Shown: positions 29,062 through 38,229 of the stretch, piece after piece
Layout: the number at the start of each line of letters is the position of its first letter
Numbering within the stretch: position 1 is the first letter of the stretch
Origin: Planctomycetota bacterium
GTDB lineage: Bacteria > Planctomycetota > UBA11346
Direction: 5' to 3'
NCBI GenBank assembly: GCA_038213805.1
Contig: JBBQSO010000018.1
Span: 9,486 to 73,485, forward strand
DNA: 64,000 bases
Translations under genes and position numbers: made by a program
The notes under the pieces: model-generated
The model's input: only the letters and a program-made list of their open reading frames with translations
Told to the model about the DNA's origin: nothing
The model's database searches: none

Positions 29062-32004
29062 ATGCCCGACGCGCGTGCCCTCCATCGACACCTGAGTCGG
29101 GCCTGCCGTTTCGCGTCCGGGCTGCTTGCCGCCATCGCAGGTGTGATGGCGGCCCCCTGCCCGGCCTGCGCAGGCGAGGCCAAGGTCGATTTCAACCGCG
29201 AGGTGCGGCCGGTGCTCTCCGAGTACTGCTTCGCCTGCCACGGCCCGGACCAGGAGCAGCGCAAGCGGGTGAAGACCGACCTGCGCCTCGACACCCGCGC
29301 AGGGCTGGCGGCAAAGCTCGACGACATCGTCCCGGTGGTGGCCGGCGATCCCGCGCACAGCGCGGTCTATCAGCGCCTGTGCGCCAGCGACCTCGACGAC
29401 CGCATGCCGCCGGAAAAGACCGGCAAGCGCCCGAGCGCAGCGCAGGTCGCCACCATCAAGCGCTGGATCGAGCAGGGCGCGACCTGGGAGCAGCATTGGG
29501 CCTTCGTCCCGCCCGCGCGCGCTGCGGCCCCAGCCGTCGCCGAGGTGGGGTGGCCGGTCAACGACATCGACCGCTTCGTGCTCGCGCGCCTCGAGCGCGA
29601 GGTTTTGCGCCACGCGGTGGCCGCCACGCGGGCGACGCTGCTGCGCCGCGTCAGCCTGGATCTGACCGGGTTGCCGCCGACGCCGGCAGAGGTCGAGAGT
29701 TTCGCCGCCGACGCCTCGCCCCAGGCGTATGAGCGGGTGGTCGACCGGCTGTTGGCATCGCCGCATTACGGCGAGCGCCTGGCGATGGCCTGGCTGGACG
29801 GGGCGCGCTACGCCGACAGCAACGGCTATCAGGCCGACCATGAGCGCGCGATGTGGCGCTGGCGCGACTGGGTGATCGACGCGTGCAACAGCAACATGCC
29901 GTTCGACCAATTCACCGTCGAGCAGCTCGCCGGCGACCTGCTGCCGAGCGCCACTGACGGCCAACGCATCGCCACCGGCTTCAACCGCAACCACCGCATC
30001 AACACCGAGGGCGGCATCATCCCCGAGGAGTGGCTGGTTGAGACCGTCATCGACCGCGTCGACACCACTGGCCAGGTGTGGCTGGGCCTGACCCTGGGCT
30101 GCGCGCGCTGCCACGACCACAAGTACGACCCGATCTCGCAGCGCGACTTCTACCGGCTGTTTGCCTACTACAACCGCGTGCCCGAACCGGGCATGGGCAA
30201 GGAGGTCCTGGCCGGCACGCCGCCGACGATGCAGGCGCCAACTCCCGAGCAGCGCACCCGTCTCGCCACGTTGGTCGCGGCGGCGGTCGCAGCGCAGCGC
30301 CACGCCGCAACTTTCGCCTCGCCGTGGCAGGCGCTGCCGATCAGCGCGGCCAAGGCCGGGAAGGACACGCGCCTGACCAAGCAGAAGGATGGCAGCGTGC
30401 TCGCCACCAAGCCGGCGGAACACGACACCTTCACCGTCCAGGTCACCGCGCCCGCCGGCCGCCTGCACGCGCTGCGCATCGAAGCGCTCACCGACCCGGG
30501 CCTGCCCGGCATGGGTCCTGGGACGGGCGGGGACGGCGGCTTTGCAATCAGCGCGATCTCGCTGGCGTGGGCTGGTCCCGGTGGCGAGCAGGCGGTGCCG
30601 ATCACGGTCGCGTCGCTCGACGGGGTCGCACCTGCCTCCGGCAAGGAGGGCCAGGCCAGCGCCGCGTGGACGCTGGCCAAGGGCGGCGCCGCGCATCAGC
30701 TCGTGGTCACCCCGGTCGCCCCGCTGGATCTGCCCGCGGGGACGACGCTCACCCTGACGCTCGGTTTCGCAGGCAAGGAGGCGCGGCGCCTGCTCGGCCA
30801 CTTCCGCCTGGGCTTCAGTCCCAGCGCCGCGTTCGTCGCGCCACCCGACCAGGTCGCCGCTGAGCACGAGCTGGCCGCCGCCGAAGCGGCGCGCGACGCC
30901 TACGACACCGCGCTGCCGACAGTGATGGTCATGGAGGACATGCCCAAGCCACGGCCGACGTGGATCCTGCAGCGTGGCCAGTACGACAAGCACGGTGACG
31001 CGGTCGAGCCCGGCACCCCAGCGGCCTTCGCGCCGCTGCCGCCGGGCGCACCCGCCAACCGCCTGGGCTTGGCGCGCTGGATCACCGACCCTGGCAACCC
31101 CCTGACTGCGCGCGTGGCGGTGAACCGCATGTGGGAGCGGCTCTTCGGCACCGGCCTGGTCAAGAGCAGCGACAACTTCGGCGCCCAGGGCGACCTGCCC
31201 AGCCACCCAGAATTGCTCGACTGGCTGGCGATCGAGTTCGTGCGCCTGAAGTGGGACATGAAGGCGATGGTCAAGATCATGGTCATGAGTGCCACCTACC
31301 GCCAGGCGTCGGTGATCGACCCCGCGCAGGCGGCGGCCGATCCCGAAAACCGCCTGCTCGCGCACGGGCCGCGCTTCCGCCTGCAGGCGGAGACCATCCG
31401 CGACCAGGCGCTGGCGGTCGCGGGTCTGCTCACCGAGCGCGTCGGCGGGCCATCGGTGCGGCCCTACCAGCCGCCCGGCATCTGGGACGAGCTCAGCAAC
31501 TACGGCAACCTTCACAACTACCAGCACGCCACCGGGCCCGACCTCTACCAGCGCAGCCTCTACACCATCTGGAAGCGCACCACGCCGCCACCCGACATGG
31601 TGCTGTTCGACATGCCCAGCCGCGAATACTGCCAAGTGCGCCGCGCGCGCACCGACACTCCGCTGCAGGCGCTGGCGCTGCTCAATGACGAGACCTTTGT
31701 CGAGGCCGCACGCGTCCTCGGCGGCCTGATGCTGGGCGCCGGCGGCACCAGCAGCGACACGCGCCTGGCCTACGGCTTCCGCCGCGCTCTGGCGCGCGCG
31801 CCCAGCGACCAGGAGCTGGCCATCCTGCGCGCCGGCTTCGCGCGCCGCCTGGCCCGCTTCCGCGCCGATCCGGCGGCCGCGCAGCGCCTGGTGGCGCAGG
31901 GCGCGACCCCCGCCGACCCCGGGCAGGACCCCGTCGAGCTCGCGGCCTACGCCACGGTCGCCAGCACCATCCTCAACCTCGATGAGACGATCACCAAGGA
32001 ATGA
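29062..32004 (+). CDS. Planctomycete cytochrome c protein, PSCyt1 + DUF1549 (PSCyt2) + DUF1553 (PSD1)
   Basis: VDFNREVRPVLS..CFACHGPD, HYGER.A..WLD.ARYADSNG, CARCHDHKYDP, PSHPELLDWLA, TPLQALALLN. Confidence 0.95.
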   Translation: MPDARALHRHLSRACRFASGLLAAIAGVMAAPCPACAGEAKVDFNREVRPVLSEYCFACHGPDQEQRKRVKTDLRLDTRAGLAAKLDDIVPVVAGDPAHSAVYQRLCASDLDDRMPPEKTGKRPSAAQVATIKRWIEQGATWEQHWAFVPPARAAAPAVAEVGWPVNDIDRFVLARLEREVLRHAVAATRATLLRRVSLDLTGLPPTPAEVESFAADASPQAYERVVDRLLASPHYGERLAMAWLDGARYADSNGYQADHERAMWRWRDWVIDACNSNMPFDQFTVEQLAGDLLPSATDGQRIATGFNRNHRINTEGGIIPEEWLVETVIDRVDTTGQVWLGLTLGCARCHDHKYDPISQRDFYRLFAYYNRVPEPGMGKEVLAGTPPTMQAPTPEQRTRLATLVAAAVAAQRHAATFASPWQALPISAAKAGKDTRLTKQKDGSVLATKPAEHDTFTVQVTAPAGRLHALRIEALTDPGLPGMGPGTGGDGGFAISAISLAWAGPGGEQAVPITVASLDGVAPASGKEGQASAAWTLAKGGAAHQLVVTPVAPLDLPAGTTLTLTLGFAGKEARRLLGHFRLGFSPSAAFVAPPDQVAAEHELAAAEAARDAYDTALPTVMVMEDMPKPRPTWILQRGQYDKHGDAVEPGTPAAFAPLPPGAPANRLGLARWITDPGNPLTARVAVNRMWERLFGTGLVKSSDNFGAQGDLPSHPELLDWLAIEFVRLKWDMKAMVKIMVMSATYRQASVIDPAQAAADPENRLLAHGPRFRLQAETIRDQALAVAGLLTERVGGPSVRPYQPPGIWDELSNYGNLHNYQHATGPDLYQRSLYTIWKRTTPPPDMVLFDMPSREYCQVRRARTDTPLQALALLNDETFVEAARVLGGLMLGAGGTSSDTRLAYGFRRALARAPSDQELAILRAGFARRLARFRADPAAAQRLVAQGATPADPGQDPVELAAYATVASTILNLDETITKE

Positions 32005-33491
32005 GGCCCATGCGCGATCCCCACCTCCCGCGCGGCGCCTGCGACCGCCGCGCGTTCCTCACTGGCGCGGTCGGCGGTCTCGGTCTCACCGCGCTCGGCG
32101 GCCTGGCCGCGTCCCTGCACGCAGGCGACCTGCCGGCGACCCGCGCTGTCGCCGCCGACGCCGCGGGCGGCCTGCCCGGCTTGCCGCACTTCCCGGCGAA
32201 GGCCAAGCGCGTCATCCACCTCTTCCAGTCTGGCGCGCCTTCGCAGTTCGAGACCTTCGACTACAAGCCGGAGCTGCTCAAATTGCGCGGCAAGGACCTG
32301 CCTGATTCGGTGCGGAACGGCCAGCGGCTGACCGGGATGTCATCGGGGCAGAAGTCCTTTCCGGTGGCACCGTCCGCCTACGGCTTCGCGCGCGCCGGCA
32401 AGAGCGGCGTGTGGCTGAGCGAGCTGCTGCCGCACACCGCAGGCGTGGTCGACGACATCGCCATCATCCGCACCATGTACACCGAGGCGATCAACCACGA
32501 CCCGGCCATCACCTTCTTCCAGACCGGTTCGCAGATCGCGGGGCGGCCCAGCCTGGGCGCGTGGGTGGCGTATGCGCTGGGCAGTGAGAACCGCGACCTG
32601 CCGGCCTTCGTGGTGCTGACCTCGAACGGCAGCGGGCGCAAGAACGACCAGCCGCTCTACGACCGCCTGTGGGCGAGCGGCTTCCTGCCCGGCCGCTTCC
32701 AGGGCGTGAAGTTCCGCAACGCCGGCGATCCGGTGCTGTTCCTGAACGACCCGGCCGGCATCGACCGCATGCTGCGCCGCGACATGCTCGACGACCTCGG
32801 CGGCCTGAACCGGCTGCGCCAGCAGGCGGTGGGCGACCCCGAGATCGCCACGCGCACCGCCCAGTACGAGCTCGCCTTCCGCATGCAGGCGGCGGTCCCC
32901 GAACTGACGGACCTCGGCAAGGAGCCGGCCGCGGTGGTGGACAGCTACGGTCCGGAGGCGCGCACGCCGGGGACCTACGCGTCGAACTGCCTGCTCGGCC
33001 GCCGCCTGCTCGAGCGCGGCGTGCGCTTCGTGCAGCTCTACCACCGCGGGTGGGACCACCACGCCAACCTGCCGCACGACATCAAGAACCAGTGCCAGGA
33101 CATCGACCAGCCCTCGGCGGCCCTGATCACGGACCTCAAGCAGCGCGGGATGTTCGATGACACCCTGATCGTGTGGGGCGGCGAGTTCGGCCGCACCGTC
33201 TACTCGCAGGGCGAACTGACGGCGACGAACTACGGGCGCGACCACCACCCGCGCTGCTTCCCGCTGTGGCTGGCCGGCGCTGGCATCAAGGCCGGCACGG
33301 TGTTCGGCGAGACCGACGACTTCAGCTACAACATCATCACGCCGGACCAGAAGGCGCACGTCCACGATCTCAACGCGACCATCCTGCACCTGCTCGGCAT
33401 CGACCACACGCGCCTGACCTACCGCTTCCAGGGCCGGGACTTCCGGCTGACGGACGTGCATGGCGAGGTGGTGAAGGGCGTCCTGGCCTAG
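32001..33491 (+). CDS. DUF1501 family protein (Tat substrate)
   Basis: RRAFL Tat motif, KAKRVIHLFQSGAPSQ..TFDYKP, GGEFGRT, GRDHHP, RLTDVHG; ATGA-coupled to the upstream gene. Confidence 0.95.
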   Translation: MRPMRDPHLPRGACDRRAFLTGAVGGLGLTALGGLAASLHAGDLPATRAVAADAAGGLPGLPHFPAKAKRVIHLFQSGAPSQFETFDYKPELLKLRGKDLPDSVRNGQRLTGMSSGQKSFPVAPSAYGFARAGKSGVWLSELLPHTAGVVDDIAIIRTMYTEAINHDPAITFFQTGSQIAGRPSLGAWVAYALGSENRDLPAFVVLTSNGSGRKNDQPLYDRLWASGFLPGRFQGVKFRNAGDPVLFLNDPAGIDRMLRRDMLDDLGGLNRLRQQAVGDPEIATRTAQYELAFRMQAAVPELTDLGKEPAAVVDSYGPEARTPGTYASNCLLGRRLLERGVRFVQLYHRGWDHHANLPHDIKNQCQDIDQPSAALITDLKQRGMFDDTLIVWGGEFGRTVYSQGELTATNYGRDHHPRCFPLWLAGAGIKAGTVFGETDDFSYNIITPDQKAHVHDLNATILHLLGIDHTRLTYRFQGRDFRLTDVHGEVVKGVLA

Positions 33492-33622
33492 TTCCCAGGA
33501 GATGCGTCAGCCTTCATGGCGCGAGATCGCCGCTCATGGCACGTTCACCGACAACGCCTGCATGGTCGCCCCGGACGGCGACGATCATGGCCGCGATCAG
33601 GGCTTCCACCCGCGCTCCCGCA

Positions 33623-35137
33623 TCACGGCGCCGGCACCGGCAGGGTGTCGGTGCGGAACGGCGCCGCGGGCAGGCCGTCGCGGTTGCCGAAGTTCGGGTC
33701 GGCCGTCTCGTCGAAGGCGAAGCGCACGTCCGTGGGCTCCGCCACCTCGGCACTGGTGACGACGATGGCATCGCCGGAGATCTCGGCGTTGGCGGGATGG
33801 AACTTCCCATCGGCGCCCGCGGCGCTGAACCAGGTCAGCGGCTTGCCGTCGCGCGACGCGAGGCCCTTGCCGACGTGGTCGAAGTGCAGGACGGCCTTCG
33901 GGCCTTCACGCTCGATGCTGCCCGCACGGTAGATGGGGCCGGAGGGCGTGAGGTCCTTCTTCCCGTATTCCCGCGCCAGGGCCCACAGCGCGAGGCGCTC
34001 GCCGACCTGCTTCTTGCGCGGCGGGTGCATGTTCGTGAGGTCACCGACGTCGGTGGTCACCACCATGCCGGTGCCGGGCAGCTTCAGCGCCTGGGTCTGC
34101 GCCTCGCGGAACAGCGGTTCTGCCAGCGGTGCGCTGGCCGGTCCGGTACGCGCCGAGTAGAGCAGCGGCGGCAGCTGCACGTAGTAGAACGGCAGTTCCC
34201 GGCCCCAGGCCGCGCGCCAGCCGGTGATCAGCGCCGTCATCTTGTTGGCGTAGATCGCGCCGTCCCCGGCGATCAGGTTCGATTCGCCCTGGTACCACAG
34301 CAGACCGCGCAGCGCGAACGGCACCAGCGGGTGGATCATGCCGTTGTAGAGCGTGGTCAGCGGCGTGCCGTGGAACCTGACCGTGGGCGTCAGCGCCGCG
34401 GTCGCGTAGTCAGCCAGGGCGGGGTCGGCGGCGAAGGCGCCGGCGGGAGTCCAGTTCTCGATCGAGGTGCCGCCCGCGCTGGCCTCGATGACGCCGATCG
34501 GCACGCCCAACTCCTGCGCCAGGCGGCAGGCGAAGAAATAGCCGACGGCTGAGAACTTGATCTCGTCGAGCGAAGCGGGTGTGCACGCCACCCAGCCCTT
34601 CCACGGGTAGTCCTGCTTGGGACGGACAGCGGTGGCGAGGTCCCAGGCGGGCGCAGCCACGGTGGCGATCTCGATGTTCATCAGGTGGATGAGCGGGTGA
34701 TCGGCGGCGGCCAGTTCGCGCTCGGCATCGACCGTGGTGACCGGCTGCCCACGCCAGGTGCCCACCGGCTTCTGCATGTTCGACTGGCCGGCGCACAGCC
34801 AGACCTCGCCGACCAGCACGTCGTGGAAGACCACCTCCTGGGTGGTGGCGATGGTGAGGTCGGCCGGCTGGGCGGAAACCGCCAGGGGCTCGAGCACGAC
34901 GCGCCAAGCGCCGTTCCCTGACGCCGCCGTCGCCTGCGCGCGCTGGCCGGCGAAGGTCACGGTGACGGTCGCGCCGGGTGCGGCGGTCCCCCAGATCGGC
35001 ACCGGCGTCCCGGTCTGCAGGACCATGTGGTCGCCGAACACGTGCGGCAGGACCGGCGCCGTCTCGGCGCGCAGCGTGGCGGCCCAGGACGACAGCAGGA
35101 ACATGGCGAGGAGCGGAAGCTTGGGAGCGAAGGTCAT
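33623..35137 (-). CDS. SASA family carbohydrate esterase
   Basis: FGDHMVLQ, GEVWLCAGQSNM, WYQGESN, MHP, GLPAAPFRTD. Confidence 0.93.
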   Translation of the reverse strand: MTFAPKLPLLAMFLLSSWAATLRAETAPVLPHVFGDHMVLQTGTPVPIWGTAAPGATVTVTFAGQRAQATAASGNGAWRVVLEPLAVSAQPADLTIATTQEVVFHDVLVGEVWLCAGQSNMQKPVGTWRGQPVTTVDAERELAAADHPLIHLMNIEIATVAAPAWDLATAVRPKQDYPWKGWVACTPASLDEIKFSAVGYFFACRLAQELGVPIGVIEASAGGTSIENWTPAGAFAADPALADYATAALTPTVRFHGTPLTTLYNGMIHPLVPFALRGLLWYQGESNLIAGDGAIYANKMTALITGWRAAWGRELPFYYVQLPPLLYSARTGPASAPLAEPLFREAQTQALKLPGTGMVVTTDVGDLTNMHPPRKKQVGERLALWALAREYGKKDLTPSGPIYRAGSIEREGPKAVLHFDHVGKGLASRDGKPLTWFSAAGADGKFHPANAEISGDAIVVTSAEVAEPTDVRFAFDETADPNFGNRDGLPAAPFRTDTLPVPAP

Positions 35138-35170
35138 GGACTTTCCGGATGCGGCGGTGACGGCAAGATG

Positions 35171-37894
35171 CTACGGCGCGAATTCCTTGGCCAGCTGCAT
35201 GGTGGTCAGCACGTTGAGCGCCCACTGCGCGACCCCCGGCGTGTCGAACGGCGGGGGCATCTCCTGCACCGGCTCCGCCACCTCCGGACCGGTGATCAGC
35301 ACAGGAGCCGCCAGGAAGCGCGCCCGCCCGCCGACCACCAGGCTGTCCTTCATCAGCTGCCAGGCCCGCGCCTTCAGCGCCGGGTCGCGCTTGGCGTTGG
35401 CGAGGAACGCGGTGACGCGCATCCGCGAGTAGAAGTCGCGCTTCTCCGCCACCCACCGCCCGCACAGGCCCAGCCACGCCGCGGTGAACTCCGGGCAGGG
35501 GATGAGCTCGCCGAGCTCGACCATGATCTGATCGCCGCCGAACAGCACCAGGAACTCGCCGACTTTCAGGTTGGGCTCGCCGACGTCGGTCAACTGCTTG
35601 GTGACGGGATCGAGGCGGAAGGCCTGGCGGGTCGCGAAGGCCTCGGGCATCGCACCGATCGCCTTCATCCCGGCCAGGACGAAGTCGCGGTAGCGCAGGT
35701 CGCCGGTGCGCTCCCACTCGGTCATCCAGTTGCTCGCCATGGCGAGCCAGTCCGGAGCGATGCGGTAGAGCACCGGCTCGTCGGGGCGCGTCAGTTCGTG
35801 GCGCAGCGGCTGGACCCGGGCGATGGTCTCGTCGACGGTCAGCACCTCGCGCATCAGGTCGCCGGTGCGCTCGTCGGTGGTGAGGTAGTAGAAGCAGCGC
35901 TTGAGCCACGCTTCGCTGATGCGCGCCTCCTTGGCGCCGCAGCCCCAATGGCTGACGTTGTGCCGCGAGCCGAGGCCCATGAACGGCCCGCTGTGGTAGA
36001 CGTCGACCTCACCAGTGTTGCGCGTCATCGCCGCGGCGAGGCGGAACGCGTCGCCGCGGCCGCTGCGCAGAAACGCGAACCACAGCCAGGCGTTCGGCAT
36101 CAACTCAGTGTTGTTCCAGGCGTGCCCGCCGATGTCGTAGAGCCAGCCGTGGCGCACGTCGCTGTAGGTGCGCATGACGTCGCCAAAGTCCCAGAAGCCG
36201 TACCAGCGCCGCCGTTCGATCTCGCCAGCGTAGAAGTTCCAGGCACGATCGAGCTGCTCCTCGACCACTGCGGCGTCGGGATCGGCGCGGTCGGGCAGGC
36301 TCCAGATGCCGAGGGTGCGCGTGGCGTGGTAGTGCGCGGGAGTGCACACCAGCAGCGGGGGCACGTCCGCGCTCTTAGCCCAGGCGGCGAGAGTGGTGTT
36401 GTCCGGGGTCTCGCCCGCCGCCCACAGGGTCAGCTCCTGGGTATTGGCCACGCCCGTCGGCGTGCTGTAGCCTTCCTGGTGGTCCTCGTACGTGATCTTC
36501 CCCTCATGCCCGACGGTGTCGTAGTGGCGCAGGTCCATGGCCGGCGCGTCCGGCGACCAGAACCATGCGGTCAGTTCGCCCGCCGCGCCCGCCGCGCCGC
36601 CGATCTCCAGCGCCGCCGGGTACTTCTCCCAGAAGTCCTTCACGCCGACCGCCAGGCCACCCGAGACGTCGCCGAGGAAGGCCAGCCCGCGCGCGCGCCG
36701 GCCGTTGAGATGGTGCAGCCACGAGCTCGCCGCACCGGTGCGCTTGGCGATGCTGAACGAATCCGGAGCGAGCTGGTCGAGCTTGAAGCCGTCCCACACC
36801 GGCACCGCGGCGAAGCCGTCCTGCACTTTGGGGTCGAGCGCAGCCAGGTTCGGGATGCGCCGCCCCTGCAGCTGGTCGCGGTTCATCTGCAACGCGCCCT
36901 TGACCAGCACCTCGCGGTAGCCCGGAGCCATCAGCACCGGTTCGGCCCACACCCCGTCGTCGTCGGTGGCGAAGCGCGCGTGGCGGTTCTGCCGCTCTTC
37001 GCGGAAGGGCACGGTGCACGTGATGCCCAGACCGCGGATGAAGTCCTGCTGCGCGTCGCCGTCGAAAACCACGGAATGCACCACGCGCAACGAGGTCAGG
37101 CCGGCGGTGAAGTAGAGCCGCACCGTGAAGGGCAGCCACGCGCGGTCGGCGCCGGCGTGCACCCCGGCGATGCGCACCACCGCGCGCAACGGACCGGCCT
37201 GCTCCACCGTCACCGCGGTGACGCGGCTGACGTAGTCCAGCACACGCAGCACGCCCTGGCTGGCGAGGGCGCTGCGGTCCTCGCGGCTGGCCACCAGGCG
37301 CAGCGCGCGGCCGACCTCGCGGCCGTCGACGCTGAGCGACTCGATGAGGTTGGCGCCGTGGCGCGCGATTCGACAAGTCAGCGGACCGGTCGCGATCTCG
37401 ACCGCCGCCGCATCCTCGCGCACCCGTAGCGGCTGGGTCAGCGTCGGAGTGGCGCCGGCGGCGATGCGCAGCGGTCCGTCCAGCCGCGCATCGGCGGCGA
37501 TCGCCACTCCGCACCACTTGAGCGAACCGTCCGGCCAGAATGCCAGCGGCCAGGTCTGAGTCGGGACCGCGGCGCCGGTGCGGTCGCGCACCACCATCTG
37601 CACGTCCCGCGCCACCGTGCCGCGCGCCCAGGGCACGCCCCAGCTCACGCCAGCCGGGGTCTGCGGCGGCGCACCGTCCAGCCAGGACAGTTCCGCGCTC
37701 GGCGGGACGTCGCCGGCGCTGGGAGGCTCGGCGGCGGCAGCCCACGGCACCCGCCCCTGCGTGGCGAGCACCGCCAGGCCGGCACCGCCCCGCGCCAGCC
37801 CGCGCAGGAAGTCGCGTCGGGTTCCGTCCATGGCGAGGCGGAGGGGACGAGCGTCAGGAGGCGTCGCGCCGCGAGCATCGGAGTGGCTGGTCAT
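35171..37894 (-). CDS. Exo-rhamnogalacturonan lyase (PL26, YetA/PcRGLX-like), Tat substrate
   Basis: TRRDFL, WGVPWARG, TWPLAFWPDGSLKW, WYGFWDFGDVM, DIGG.AW.NTE, GSRHNVSHWGCGAKE. Confidence 0.9.
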   Translation of the reverse strand: MTSHSDARGATPPDARPLRLAMDGTRRDFLRGLARGGAGLAVLATQGRVPWAAAAEPPSAGDVPPSAELSWLDGAPPQTPAGVSWGVPWARGTVARDVQMVVRDRTGAAVPTQTWPLAFWPDGSLKWCGVAIAADARLDGPLRIAAGATPTLTQPLRVREDAAAVEIATGPLTCRIARHGANLIESLSVDGREVGRALRLVASREDRSALASQGVLRVLDYVSRVTAVTVEQAGPLRAVVRIAGVHAGADRAWLPFTVRLYFTAGLTSLRVVHSVVFDGDAQQDFIRGLGITCTVPFREERQNRHARFATDDDGVWAEPVLMAPGYREVLVKGALQMNRDQLQGRRIPNLAALDPKVQDGFAAVPVWDGFKLDQLAPDSFSIAKRTGAASSWLHHLNGRRARGLAFLGDVSGGLAVGVKDFWEKYPAALEIGGAAGAAGELTAWFWSPDAPAMDLRHYDTVGHEGKITYEDHQEGYSTPTGVANTQELTLWAAGETPDNTTLAAWAKSADVPPLLVCTPAHYHATRTLGIWSLPDRADPDAAVVEEQLDRAWNFYAGEIERRRWYGFWDFGDVMRTYSDVRHGWLYDIGGHAWNNTELMPNAWLWFAFLRSGRGDAFRLAAAMTRNTGEVDVYHSGPFMGLGSRHNVSHWGCGAKEARISEAWLKRCFYYLTTDERTGDLMREVLTVDETIARVQPLRHELTRPDEPVLYRIAPDWLAMASNWMTEWERTGDLRYRDFVLAGMKAIGAMPEAFATRQAFRLDPVTKQLTDVGEPNLKVGEFLVLFGGDQIMVELGELIPCPEFTAAWLGLCGRWVAEKRDFYSRMRVTAFLANAKRDPALKARAWQLMKDSLVVGGRARFLAAPVLITGPEVAEPVQEMPPPFDTPGVAQWALNVLTTMQLAKEFAP

Positions 37895-38098
37895 GGGATG
37901 AGGGTACCCTGTCGCGTCGGTGCCGCCCCGGCCTTTCCAGGGCGGCGGGCTGGCTTGCCACGGCCCATGTGCGATGCGCCGCGAGCCCCAGCCTCGTCGA
38001 TTCGCAAGCAGTACCGCACGCCGCCTGCGCCGTTCACGTCGCCTCTGTCACCGGCGCTGGAGAATCGTGACGCCCCGCGGCGGACCCCCTCCCCCGGA

Positions 38099-38116
38099 GA
38101 CGAAAGTCTGATTCCG
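38099..38116 (+). promoter_or_regulatory. Candidate regulator site GACGAAAGTCTGATTCCG
   Basis: Divergent PL26/PL4 intergenic region; matches 24948-24964. Confidence 0.45.
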
Positions 38117-38229
38117 GTGACAGCTGTTCTGTCAGCGCGCGCTCCTGGTGTATGGTAGTACACGCACCCCAGCGGGCAGTCGGCCGAGGACTCGCTCGAC
38201 GCCGGAGGCCGTGCTCCCCAGGAACCTCC

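Noticed and set aside
28720..31635. Long antisense ORFs (also 2800-4425, 11865-14033, 16035-18098, 27165-28799, 35027-37429)
   Set aside because: Shadow frames of well-supported genes in high-GC DNA; no recognisable motifs.
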